DNA of 50,828 bases, taken from Hyphomicrobiales bacterium (GTDB lineage: Bacteria; Pseudomonadota; Alphaproteobacteria; Rhizobiales; Xanthobacteraceae). A model generated the notes under the pieces. It was not told where the DNA came from, made no database searches, and saw only the letters and a list, made by a program, of their open reading frames with translations. Where the stretch lies: assembly GCA_039649225.1 (NCBI GenBank), contig JBBWZU010000651.1:1-50828 (forward strand), given 5' to 3'. Each line of letters begins with the position of its first letter. Positions within the stretch are counted from its first letter, which is position 1. A program made the translations under genes and the position numbers. Of this stretch, positions 21,316 to 30,106 are shown in pieces.

Positions 21316-21669
21316 TTACCCGACCTGCCTCGCGTGCTCGGGAGCCGGCAGCATCATGGGGTCGCGGAGCATGACGATCTGGCGAACGCCATTGGCGTCG
21401 ATGACTTCGATGCTGGACAAATTAAGCCCTTCCGCCTCAACCCAAATTTCGCGCGGCCGGGGAATCAAATGATCGACCCCTTCCAGCGCGATTTCGATGA
21501 GGTCATCCTCCGGATCGTAAGTGATGCCGAGGAGGGGCAGCCACTCCGCCTCGATCTGATCGCCGAGATTGAGGGCGGCGACTTCGATTTCGGCGCGTTT
21601 TCCAGGAAGAATCTTGGAGACGGCGTCGAAATACGGTTTCCAGACCGACTTTTCGAGTTTCTTGGCCAT
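21316..21669 (-). CDS. DUF5335 family protein
   Basis: 117 aa. KSVWKPYFDAVSK...KRAEIEVAALNLGDQIEAEWLPLLGITYDPEDDLIEIALEG matches my recollection of DUF5335. Confidence 0.55.
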   Translation of the reverse strand: MAKKLEKSVWKPYFDAVSKILPGKRAEIEVAALNLGDQIEAEWLPLLGITYDPEDDLIEIALEGVDHLIPRPREIWVEAEGLNLSSIEVIDANGVRQIVMLRDPMMLPAPEHARQVG

Positions 21670-21716
21670 TGTTGCATCTCCAGAATGGATCGCCCGCTCC
21701 GACCACGGTAGGTCGC

Positions 21717-22220
21717 TCAGGCCTGGTATTTGAATTCCGACAGCTTCTTGAGCTCGTCCTTCGAGGCACCAGGCAACGCGACTTTCTTGCCGTCTTCGGA
21801 GATCTGCAGGCTATCGTAGGGAACTGCCACGAGGTGCTTGCCCAATCCGAGGAATCCACCAACCTGCAGCACTGCGAACAGCACCTGCTTGTTGTCGATG
21901 ACGAGGTCATCGAGCGATCCGATGCTTTCGTTCTTGTCGTTGGTAACGCCGGTGCCGATCAGCTTGGAGGCGCGATAGCCTTTTGCCACGGTGGCGACAT
22001 CCACTTTGACAAGCTGAACGCCCTGCGACGCAGCCATCCTCGGATTCGCCACGATCGACATCAACCCGAGCATCGACGCGATCATCGCCAAAGCGAGCAT
22101 CCACTTGCGATTTGCTTGCGCCTTTGCGGCGCGCGCGCGATTGCGGTCAGGCGCGTACCAGACATCAGGCATGCTGGGTGCTTGGACCCGAGTGGCCGGC
22201 TTGCTCTCGATGCATGACAT
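21717..22220 (-). CDS. PRC-barrel domain protein with an N-terminal membrane anchor or signal
   Basis: PRC-barrel core (GYRASKLIGTGVTNDKNESIGSLDDLVIDNKQVLFAVLQVGGFLGLGKHLVAVPYDSL). The start is uncertain: ATG 22220 with AGAGG upstream is preferred over GTG 22259. Confidence 0.7.
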   Translation of the reverse strand: MSCIESKPATRVQAPSMPDVWYAPDRNRARAAKAQANRKWMLALAMIASMLGLMSIVANPRMAASQGVQLVKVDVATVAKGYRASKLIGTGVTNDKNESIGSLDDLVIDNKQVLFAVLQVGGFLGLGKHLVAVPYDSLQISEDGKKVALPGASKDELKKLSEFKYQA

Positions 22221-22340
22221 GTTGGCCTCTTCGAATGATGGGTTCATATATGCCGCCACCCTGCGCCGCCATCTCGGCTGCGCTTGCGGCGAGACGATCT
22301 CCGCGTTGGATTTGAGTAGCGGGCGCTGGCAATTGCCGCC

Positions 22341-22354
22341 CTGACGACAATCAA
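22341..22354. promoter_or_regulatory. Degenerate FixK-type box (ctgacgacaatcaa, 1 mismatch)
   Basis: Lies between the USP stop (22390) and the PRC-barrel gene start. Seven of the 8 fixed bases match. Confidence 0.3.
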
Positions 22355-22389
22355 TTTTTGCGGAATTTGCCCGAAGGCGGCGCTGCGGC

Positions 22390-23205
22390 TCAGTGCGCCA
22401 TCAGAACCGGCACTGTCATTTGCCCCAGAATGTCGCGCGTCATGCCGCCGAGCACGAACTCGCGCAGGCGCGAGTGCCCATACGCACCCATGACGATCAG
22501 GTCGGCGCCAAGATCCGCCGCGCGGGCGAGTACCTCGTCGGCCGGCGTCAGCTCGGTATTGGTGGCGAACTCGGTTTCGGCCTTCAGGCCGCGGCGGTTC
22601 AGGTATTCGGACAGATCCGCACCGGCCGCCTTGCCCTGTTCCGGCTCCGGTTTCACCCAGATGATGGTGGCGGGTCGCCGGCCCGTCATCAGCGGCAATG
22701 CATCATGCAAGGCGCGGCGAGACTCTCGGCTGTCGTTCCAGGCGACGAGCGGTCGATCGCCGGCCTTTGGGTACGATCCGATGTAGGGCACCATCAACAC
22801 GGGGCGGCCGCAAGCCATGATGACGTTCTCGGGCGCCTCAAGGGCCTGCGGCCTCTCCGGATCTCGCTGGCCAAGAACGACGAGATCGGCGGCACGCGAA
22901 CGGCGGATCACGCAAATCTCCGCCGAGTCGCGTTCCAGCAGCCATCGACCGCGCAAGCCGTGCTTGCGCAACACAGCCATGAATTGATCCTCAGCTTTAA
23001 CCGCGGCCGCCTCCAGTGCGACCAATTCGCGCTCCAACTCTATGAGCGTCGGGCCATCCGCCCATGTCGCGACTTCTGGCGGGGGCAACGCAAAGACGGC
23101 GCTCAGATCGGCATCAAGTCGCTTCGCCACGACGGCAGCAAGAGCGACGCGCGCATCGCATTGCGGCGCGGTATCGACATGAACCAGAATGGACTTTATC
23201 GACAT
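22390..23205 (-). CDS. Universal stress protein with tandem Usp domains
   Basis: Two UspA domains. The C-terminal ATP-binding motif is MGAYGHSRLREFVLGGMT. ATG 23205 (MSIKSILVHVD) is preferred. Confidence 0.85.
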   Translation of the reverse strand: MSIKSILVHVDTAPQCDARVALAAVVAKRLDADLSAVFALPPPEVATWADGPTLIELERELVALEAAAVKAEDQFMAVLRKHGLRGRWLLERDSAEICVIRRSRAADLVVLGQRDPERPQALEAPENVIMACGRPVLMVPYIGSYPKAGDRPLVAWNDSRESRRALHDALPLMTGRRPATIIWVKPEPEQGKAAGADLSEYLNRRGLKAETEFATNTELTPADEVLARAADLGADLIVMGAYGHSRLREFVLGGMTRDILGQMTVPVLMAH

Positions 23206-23229
23206 GATAATTCGCTTTCGCGCCACGCC

Positions 23230-23622
23230 TCATGCGTCGAACTTGAATTCGGGAAAGTTGCGCAATGCCTTGCGCGTCGCGCCGGGCAAGACGACCTTGC
23301 GGCCATCGCCCTCAAACAGGAGGGCGCGAATCGGAACCGCGACGAGGTGCCCGCCCAGGCCGAGAAACCCGCCGACCTCAAGCACCGCAAACAGCGCGTA
23401 GTCCTGACCGAGCACCAGATCGGCGATCGTGCCGATCCTTTCGCTCTGGTCGTTGATCACGCTGCGGCCGAGCAGCCAGCCCGAGCGGTATCCTTTCTTC
23501 ACTTCGGCGACGTCGGCGGAGACCAGCTCCGGTTGGCGCGAGGGAAGACGAGATACGTCGGCCCCAAATAGCAGCGTTGCGAGTGTCGCGGCTGTGAGGC
23601 CTATGCGAATATTGCGTGTCAT
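23230..23622 (-). CDS. PRC-barrel domain protein (secreted or membrane-anchored)
   Basis: Paralogue of 21717-22220 (GYRSGWLLGRSVINDQSERIGTIADLVLGQDYALFAVLEVGGFLGLGGHLVAVP). ATG 23622 has GAGG upstream. Confidence 0.75.
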   Translation of the reverse strand: MTRNIRIGLTAATLATLLFGADVSRLPSRQPELVSADVAEVKKGYRSGWLLGRSVINDQSERIGTIADLVLGQDYALFAVLEVGGFLGLGGHLVAVPIRALLFEGDGRKVVLPGATRKALRNFPEFKFDA

Positions 23623-23649
23623 GGCCTCATTCACTAACGTCAGTTACTG

Positions 23650-26094
23650 TCAGGCGGATTGCGCCGCCTGACGGTCCGCGAACGCCGCCGGCGGTCTCGT
23701 GGTTGCGCCGCTCTCATCGCGCTTATCGTCCGGAACCAGAGCCGCCGCTATCGCATCATCGACCCGTTCGAGCCACACGAAGCGGACCTGTTTGCGTGCC
23801 GCTTCAGGGACGTCCTCCAGGTCTTTCCTGTTTCGCGCGGGTAGAAGAACCGTCGTGATGCCGGCGCTCGCCGCCGCCAACACCTTCTCCTTCACGCCGC
23901 CGATCGGGAGCACGAGACCGCGCAGGGAAATCTCACCGGTCATCGCCGTATCGCTGCGCGCCACGCGATTGGTCAGCAACGAGACGAGGGCGGTGAACAT
24001 GGCAACGCCTGCGCTCGGCCCATCTTTCGGGACCGCGCCGGCCGGCACATGGATGTGGATGTCCGATTTCTCGAACAGGATGGGATCGATACCGAGCTCG
24101 ATCGCGCGCGCTTTCACCAGTGACAGCGCCGCCTGGGCGCTTTCCTTCATCACCTCACCGAGCTGCCCGGTCAGAATGAGCTTGTTGCGGCCGGGAATGC
24201 GCGTGGCCTCGACGAACAGGATGTCGCCACCGACGGGAGTCCAGGCAAGGCCGGTCGCCACGCCTGGAACGCTGGTGCGCATGGCGATCTCGTTCTCGAA
24301 CCGGCGCGGGCCGAGGATTGCCGGCAAGGCGGTGCTATCGATGTGCATGCGGTTGCAGGTTCCTTCTGCAATCCGCATCGCGACGTGACGGCAGATCGCG
24401 CCGATCTGCCGCTCGAGATTGCGCACGCCGGCTTCACGCGTGTAATCGCGGATCATCGTGCGGATGGCGTCTTCGGTGATCTCGCATTGCTCTGGCTTCA
24501 GGCCGGTCGCGGCAAGCTGGCGCTTGAGCAGATAGCGCTTCGCGATTTCGATCTTCTCATCTTCCGTGTAGCCGGGGATCTCTATCACTTCCATGCGGTC
24601 GCGGACCGGCCCCGGAACGGTGTCGAGCACATTGGCGGTCGCGATGAACATCACTTTCGAGAGGTCGAAGGTAACCGCCAGGTAGTTGTCGCGGAATGTC
24701 GCGTTCTGCTCCGGGTCGAGGACCTCAAGCAGCGCGGACGAAGGGTCGCCGTGAAAGCCGGCGCCGAGCTTGTCCACTTCGTCGAGCATCATCACGGGGT
24801 TGCGTGTGCCTGCCTTGCGGATCGACTGGACGATGTTGCCGGGCAAAGCTCCGATGTATGTGCGCCGATGACCGCGAATCTCGGCTTCGTCATGCACGCC
24901 GCCGAGGCTGAGACGCGCGAATTTGCGGCCCGTTGCGCGCGCGATGCTCTGGCCGAGCGAGGTCTTGCCGACGCCCGGCGGTCCGACGAAACACAGGATC
25001 GGGCTTTTGCCCTCCGGATTGAGCTTGCGTACCGCGAGATATTCGAGAATACGACGTTTCACTTTGGGAAGACCGTAATGGTCCTCATCGAGGATGTGGC
25101 GCGCCTCGGCGATGTCGATGCTGTCGGGATCGAGCTTTGACCACGGAAGCTCGATCAGCCAGTCGAGATAGTTGCGGATCATTCCGTATTCCGGAGAAGC
25201 CTCCGGCATACGCTCAAGTCTCTTAAGCTCCTTCAGCGCCTGATCCCGAGCCTCCTTCGGCATTCCGGCTGTTTCGATCTTCTCGCGCAGTTCCTTGATT
25301 TCGGCGCTCTTGTCGTCGCCTTCGCCCAACTGCTTCTGAATTTGCCGAAGCTGCTCGCGTAGAACGTGCTCGCGCTGCTGCGACGACAGCGATTGTTGCG
25401 TCTGCTCGCCGATCGCCTTCGAAAGCTTGAGGACCTCGACCCGCTGCACAAGCAGCGACAGCACCTTGTCGAGCCGCTCCTTGATGTCGAGCGTTTCAAG
25501 AATGTCCTGCTTCTCGGCCGGCCGGACATCGAGAAGACCGGCGACAAAGTCGGCCAGGGCCGATGGTGAATCCAAGCTATCGATCGCGCCCGCAAGTTCG
25601 GCCGGTACATTCTGCAGCAACCCGATCGCCTCGCGTGCGCGCTCACGCAGCAGGTTCGTACGCGCCTCGATGTCGGGCGTCACGACTTCCGCCGCGCTAA
25701 TCTCCTCGATGCGCGCAACAAGGTGGGGATATCCCGAGATGAATTCGATCACGCGAAAGCGCCGCACGCCGCGGCAGATCACGTGATGCGTTCCGTCCGC
25801 CGCCGTGATGTAGCGGAGAATCTGCGCGCTCGTTCCGATCTTGTGCAATTGCTCCGGCGTCGGATCCTCGATCGCGGAGTCGGTCTGCAGCAATACGCCG
25901 ATCAGCTTTTCCGCGTGAACCGCTTGTTGTGCGGCCGCGATGGATGCGGGGTGCCCGATGGTCAGCGGCAGCATCATCCCGGGAAACAGCACCGCCTGGC
26001 GCAGCGGCAGGATGATCAGCGCGTCCTGTGGCAGCGGTGGCGCCGCCTTGTTCTGGCCGGAACCGGTCTCCTGTCGTTCCGTTGCATCCGCCAT
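23650..26094 (-). CDS. lon: ATP-dependent Lon protease (LonA)
   Basis: Lon N-domain, Walker A GPPGVGKTS, catalytic PKDGPSAGVAM, and GGVKEKVLAA. ATG 26094 is 8 nt after the upstream hsp20 stop. Confidence 0.95.
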   Translation of the reverse strand: MADATERQETGSGQNKAAPPLPQDALIILPLRQAVLFPGMMLPLTIGHPASIAAAQQAVHAEKLIGVLLQTDSAIEDPTPEQLHKIGTSAQILRYITAADGTHHVICRGVRRFRVIEFISGYPHLVARIEEISAAEVVTPDIEARTNLLRERAREAIGLLQNVPAELAGAIDSLDSPSALADFVAGLLDVRPAEKQDILETLDIKERLDKVLSLLVQRVEVLKLSKAIGEQTQQSLSSQQREHVLREQLRQIQKQLGEGDDKSAEIKELREKIETAGMPKEARDQALKELKRLERMPEASPEYGMIRNYLDWLIELPWSKLDPDSIDIAEARHILDEDHYGLPKVKRRILEYLAVRKLNPEGKSPILCFVGPPGVGKTSLGQSIARATGRKFARLSLGGVHDEAEIRGHRRTYIGALPGNIVQSIRKAGTRNPVMMLDEVDKLGAGFHGDPSSALLEVLDPEQNATFRDNYLAVTFDLSKVMFIATANVLDTVPGPVRDRMEVIEIPGYTEDEKIEIAKRYLLKRQLAATGLKPEQCEITEDAIRTMIRDYTREAGVRNLERQIGAICRHVAMRIAEGTCNRMHIDSTALPAILGPRRFENEIAMRTSVPGVATGLAWTPVGGDILFVEATRIPGRNKLILTGQLGEVMKESAQAALSLVKARAIELGIDPILFEKSDIHIHVPAGAVPKDGPSAGVAMFTALVSLLTNRVARSDTAMTGEISLRGLVLPIGGVKEKVLAAASAGITTVLLPARNRKDLEDVPEAARKQVRFVWLERVDDAIAAALVPDDKRDESGATTRPPAAFADRQAAQSA

Positions 26095-26102
26095 AATCGA
26101 TC

Positions 26103-26510
26103 TCAGTCTTTCCGGGTGAGGCTCAAGACAAGGCACCCACCGACAAGCTCCGACTGCTCAAGCGTGAACGGACCGGCCGGCAACCGGATCTGGCGCTCGA
26201 ACCGGCCATACGGAATCTCCAGACGATGGATTGCCGCGCCGCGCGCAATCGTGGGCAAGGGCCGCGACCCGGCAATCGTCAGTCCACCCGCGCCGATGGA
26301 AACCTCGATCCGCTCCGGGACAACACTGGGCAGCGCCGCGATGATCCAAAGCTGCTCGCCCGTCTCGAACATATCGACCGGCGGTTCCCAACTTGCGGCT
26401 TGCGGCCGTGCGAAGCCCGGCCGGAAGAACTGACGATGCAGGCGATCCGCCCGCTCCAGCATGTCGCAGGCTTCGCTCCACATCCGGCCTCTGGGGTCTT
26501 CGGCAAACAT
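26103..26510 (-). CDS. Hsp20/alpha-crystallin family protein (divergent)
   Basis: 135 aa with an alpha-crystallin-like core (PPVDMFETGEQLWIIAALPSVVPERIEVSIGAGGLTIAGSR...GCLVLSL). Confidence 0.7.
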   Translation of the reverse strand: MFAEDPRGRMWSEACDMLERADRLHRQFFRPGFARPQAASWEPPVDMFETGEQLWIIAALPSVVPERIEVSIGAGGLTIAGSRPLPTIARGAAIHRLEIPYGRFERQIRLPAGPFTLEQSELVGGCLVLSLTRKD

Positions 26511-26573
26511 CGATTGTCTCCGTACTGGCGACGCCGCGCGGCATGGATGCTGAGGCCAGGCTCAAATCGACAC

Positions 26574-27113
26574 TCAGATCGACACATGGGCACGCAGTTG
26601 CTGTTCAATCGCAGCACCGAGATCCTCGAATGCGTAAGTGCCGTCGTGCCGCGCGCCGTTGATGAAAAAGCACGGCGTGCCGTTGACGCCGGAACGCACG
26701 CCACTGAGGAAATCCGCCCGCACCTTGGGTGCGAAGGTCCCGTTGATCAGCGCGTCGCGCAGCTCCAGTTCGGAGAGGCCGAGCAGGGAGGCGAGCGCGA
26801 GATAGAGCGGCAGGCCGAGGCGATCCTGGTTGTCGTAAAGGCCATCATGCATGTCCCAGAATTTGCCGTTCGCACCGGCGAATTCGGCGGTCTGCGCGGC
26901 GGATTCGGCATTCGGGTGCGCCTGGCTCAGAGGAAAGTGCCGGAAGACAAATCGCAGCCGCTGCCCGAAGTGCTTCTGGATCAGCTTGACGATTGGATGC
27001 GCCAGTCCGCAATACGGGCACTCATAGTCGCCGTATTCCAGCAGCGTGACCGGCGCGTTCGCCGGCCCCTTGGCGTGATCATGCGGCGTGACTGGAACTT
27101 TGAGCGTTGCCAT
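26574..27113 (-). CDS. DsbA-family thiol:disulfide oxidoreductase (no signal peptide seen)
   Basis: CPYC active site in a thioredoxin fold. ATG 27113 has AAGGGA upstream. Overlaps the 3' end of the peroxiredoxin ORF by 35 nt. Confidence 0.75.
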   Translation of the reverse strand: MATLKVPVTPHDHAKGPANAPVTLLEYGDYECPYCGLAHPIVKLIQKHFGQRLRFVFRHFPLSQAHPNAESAAQTAEFAGANGKFWDMHDGLYDNQDRLGLPLYLALASLLGLSELELRDALINGTFAPKVRADFLSGVRSGVNGTPCFFINGARHDGTYAFEDLGAAIEQQLRAHVSI

Positions 27114-27591
27114 GCGCATTCCCTTGTTTTGCCATTCTCTCGAGGGCATCGAGGATGCCGTCGGCGCCGGGATTGACCGCGATCGGTGAGCAATAGCTCC
27201 AGAAGATCACGCCCTTTTGGTCCAGAACGAACAATGCGCGTTCGCAGACGCCTTCGCCCTCGCGATAGGCGCGATACGACTTTGCGACCGCGCCCTTCGG
27301 TTCGAAGTCGGACAGCAACGGAAAATGCAGGCGGCGATCACGCGCGAAGGCCGCATGACACCACACGCCGTCGACCGAGAGGCCAAGCAGCTCAGCGCCG
27401 TACCTGCGGAACTCGGGAAGGATCTCGTTGTAAAGAGTCACCTGATCGCCACAGACGGGACTCCAGTCCGCCGGATAAAGCGCAAGGATCACCGGCTTGC
27501 CCCTCAGATCATCGAGGGTGAGCAGTTGATCGGGTGTGACGTGCAGCCTGAAATTGGGGGCGGCCGTTCCTGCGGTTAAAAGTTGAGCCAT
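27079..27591 (-). CDS. Peroxiredoxin (AhpC/TSA family)
   Basis: LYPADWSPVCGDQ peroxidatic-Cys motif in a thioredoxin fold. Confidence 0.85.
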   Translation of the reverse strand: MAQLLTAGTAAPNFRLHVTPDQLLTLDDLRGKPVILALYPADWSPVCGDQVTLYNEILPEFRRYGAELLGLSVDGVWCHAAFARDRRLHFPLLSDFEPKGAVAKSYRAYREGEGVCERALFVLDQKGVIFWSYCSPIAVNPGADGILDALERMAKQGNAHGNAQSSSHAA

Positions 27592-27670
27592 TCTCTGGTC
27601 TCCCCGGTGCCGTGTTGAAAATCGGCGATCTCATGCAAGCGCACGATAGAGCCGGACCGAAATTGCCGCC

Positions 27671-27684
27671 TTGATGACTGTCAA
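27671..27684. promoter_or_regulatory. FixK/FNR-type box TTGA-N6-TCAA (ttgatgactgtcaa)
   Basis: Perfect half-sites in the divergent intergenic region. Centred about 87 bp upstream of prx ATG 27591 and about 236 bp upstream of ATG 27914. Confidence 0.65.
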
Positions 27685-27913
27685 AGTCACAAGCTTGTTT
27701 GGAGGTGCGCTGGGGCCCAACATCTTGGGCATTTCATGCGCCGTCACGGAAGTCGATTCAGCAAACGGACAAATCAGCCGAAGGTTTCTTACGCAAATTT
27801 ACGCTACGTGTATTTGCGAAATTCCTTCGAGGTGCGTGCGGCGCGATCCTGCATCCGACGGCGATCCCCCGCCGTGTCCATCTGGCGATCTGTTTCCGCA
27901 GAGAGGTGCTGTC

Positions 27914-28666
27914 ATGAACATAAGGAATGCTTTGACGACCACAGAAAACCCGGCTGGCCAAGCGAATGCCAAAACACCCTCACCCCAATCTCATTTGAAA
28001 AACCTCGATTCCCTCGCCACGGTCGTCCCGTGTCGCCGCGGGCAGGAAATCTGCGGCCAAGGCCGCCCCGCCGAGACATGGTATTGCGTCCTGTCGGGCG
28101 CGGCGCGGCGTTACGTCATCAGGCTCGATGGCCGGCGCCAGATCGTCGATCTGTTGCTGCCCGGGGACTGTTTCGGCTTTTCCGCCGGCGGCGACTATGA
28201 TTTCGCGGTCGAAGCGGTGACGGACGGAACAGTCGTCGCAGGTTACCCGCGGCGGCGCGCCGAGATGCTGGCGGATTCCGATCCGCGCGTCTCACGGGAG
28301 ATCCGCCAGGCTGCCTTTGAAGCGCTCTCGCGGCTGCAATCCCAGCTTCTTATTGTCGGCCGGATCACCGCGCTGGAGAAGGTTGGCTCGTTTATTCTCG
28401 AAATGGCAGCGCGCCTGTCGCGCGCGAGCAGCAGAAGGGTCGCGTTGCCGGTCTCGCGCTACGACATCGCGGATTATCTTGCAGTCTCCGTCGAGACCGT
28501 CAGCCGCTCACTCACCGATCTCAAGCATCGCGGCGTCATCCGCATGTCGGGGACGCGCACACTCGAGATCATGGATCGCGATGCGCTCGAGGATGGAGAG
28601 TCGCTCGCTCATTTGGCGCCGGCCCAAAACGCGGGGCGTTATCATGACACAGCCCAGCTACGCTAA
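27914..28666 (+). CDS. FixK-like Crp/Fnr family transcriptional regulator
   Basis: ATG 27914 has GAGAGG upstream. The HTH YDIADYLAVSVETVSRSLTDLKHRGVI carries the E..SR recognition motif of the FNR/FixK class. There is no N-terminal Fe-S cysteine cluster. Confidence 0.8.
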   Translation: MNIRNALTTTENPAGQANAKTPSPQSHLKNLDSLATVVPCRRGQEICGQGRPAETWYCVLSGAARRYVIRLDGRRQIVDLLLPGDCFGFSAGGDYDFAVEAVTDGTVVAGYPRRRAEMLADSDPRVSREIRQAAFEALSRLQSQLLIVGRITALEKVGSFILEMAARLSRASSRRVALPVSRYDIADYLAVSVETVSRSLTDLKHRGVIRMSGTRTLEIMDRDALEDGESLAHLAPAQNAGRYHDTAQLR

Positions 28667-29369
28667 GGACGCGTTCGATCTCATCGACAGGCTCGATCGG
28701 CTCTCCGACACCAATGCGGTGATGGATGCTATGCACCGAGCCGTCGCCGGTTACGGCTTTGAGACGTTGCTGCTCACTGGTCGGCCAAACCCGGAGCAGC
28801 GTTTCGACAATCTTGCGCTGGTCGGGCGCTGGCCGGCCGAGTGGTTCAAGATTTACAATGAAAGACGATATATTCATGTCGATCCTGTCGTCCGCCATTT
28901 GCGGCGCTCGGTAAAGCCATTCGCGTGGACCGACGCGCGCTATGACCCGGAGGCTGAACCGCGTGCCGCCGAATTGATGCAGTTGCGGGCCGACTTCGGG
29001 TTCGGGCGTGCGCTCGTCGTCCCGATTCCGGGCCCGGCCGGCAGCACCGCCGGCATATCCATGATCGGGCGCGGCCCAGACCTCACCGTGCAGAGCCGCC
29101 CGACAATTCACCTGATGGCCCTGTACGCTTTCGACCGTGCAGCCAGCTTGCGTGTGACGCCTCACCCCAAGCCATTCCTGACGGCGCGCGAGCGTGAGGT
29201 GCTCAGCTGGGTTGCGGCGGGAAAATCCGCCTGGGATATCGGCGAGGAGCTCAATATCGCAAAGCGAACAGTTGACGCGTATGCGCAAACGGCAACGCGC
29301 AAGCTCGGTGCCGCCACCCGGACCCAAGCCGTCGCGCTCGCGATCCGCGGCCGCTTCATTTCGGTCTGA
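28644..29369 (+). CDS. LuxR-family regulator with an N-terminal autoinducer-binding-like domain (LuxR solo in this window)
   Basis: C-terminal HTH TAREREVLSWVAAGKSAWDIGEELNIAKRTVDAY. Overlaps the FixK-like gene by 23 nt. No luxI-type gene is present in the window. Confidence 0.75.
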   Translation: MTQPSYAKDAFDLIDRLDRLSDTNAVMDAMHRAVAGYGFETLLLTGRPNPEQRFDNLALVGRWPAEWFKIYNERRYIHVDPVVRHLRRSVKPFAWTDARYDPEAEPRAAELMQLRADFGFGRALVVPIPGPAGSTAGISMIGRGPDLTVQSRPTIHLMALYAFDRAASLRVTPHPKPFLTAREREVLSWVAAGKSAWDIGEELNIAKRTVDAYAQTATRKLGAATRTQAVALAIRGRFISV

Positions 29370-29479
29370 TTTCAACTCCGCCGCCGAGCGCCACGGCTTC
29401 GCTTGCAGTGCAGATCGGGCAACTCGTCTCGATTGCGGAAAACAAGAGCGGGATCTCTCTCGCAGGGTCTACTGCGGTT

Positions 29480-30106
29480 TCAGCTTTGCGAACTCTCGGG
29501 GGCAAACCGTGCCATGACGGCGAGGCGCACCGCTTCGCCCAATTGTCTGACTCCGAGGCGGTCCATCATGCGTGCCCGATGGACCTCGATGGTCCGCACG
29601 CTCAAGCCGAGGTCAAAGGCAATGATCTTGTTAGACCGACCGGCCACCAGGGCATCGAGAACTTCGCGCTCGCGCGGGCTGAGCGCGGCGATCCGCTGCG
29701 CCGCCTCCTCGGCCTCCGGAAGGCGGTCGGACAGCAGTGTCCGCGTGAACGCATCTTCGATGGCGGCGAAGAGAGTCGTATCGTCGAAAGGTTTCTCGAT
29801 GAAATCGACGGCTCCAGCCTTCATTGCCTGCACGGCGCTCTGAACGTCGCCCTGGCCAGTTATGATGATCACCGGGAGGGCGATGCCCAGATCATTCATG
29901 CGACGTTGTAACTCAAGCCCGTCCATATCGGGAATTCTGATATCCAGCAGTACGCAACCGGGCGCCAGGTCCGGCGCGACATTCAGGAACGCCGCCGGTG
30001 TTTCGAACGAGACGGCGCGAAAGCCGGCCGCATCAAGCAGTTGTTCGAGAGAGCGGCGAACGGCCGCGTCGTCATCCAGAACGTAGACCGTGCGCTCAAT
30101 CGGCAC
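29480..30106 (-). CDS. FixJ/NarL-type response regulator
   Basis: Receiver domain (VLDDD...LLDIRIPDMDG...K) plus LuxR-type HTH (SPREREVLDALVAGRSNKIIAFDLGLSVRTIEVHR). GTG start at 30106 overlaps the kinase stop. Confidence 0.85.
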   Translation of the reverse strand: MPIERTVYVLDDDAAVRRSLEQLLDAAGFRAVSFETPAAFLNVAPDLAPGCVLLDIRIPDMDGLELQRRMNDLGIALPVIIITGQGDVQSAVQAMKAGAVDFIEKPFDDTTLFAAIEDAFTRTLLSDRLPEAEEAAQRIAALSPREREVLDALVAGRSNKIIAFDLGLSVRTIEVHRARMMDRLGVRQLGEAVRLAVMARFAPESSQS

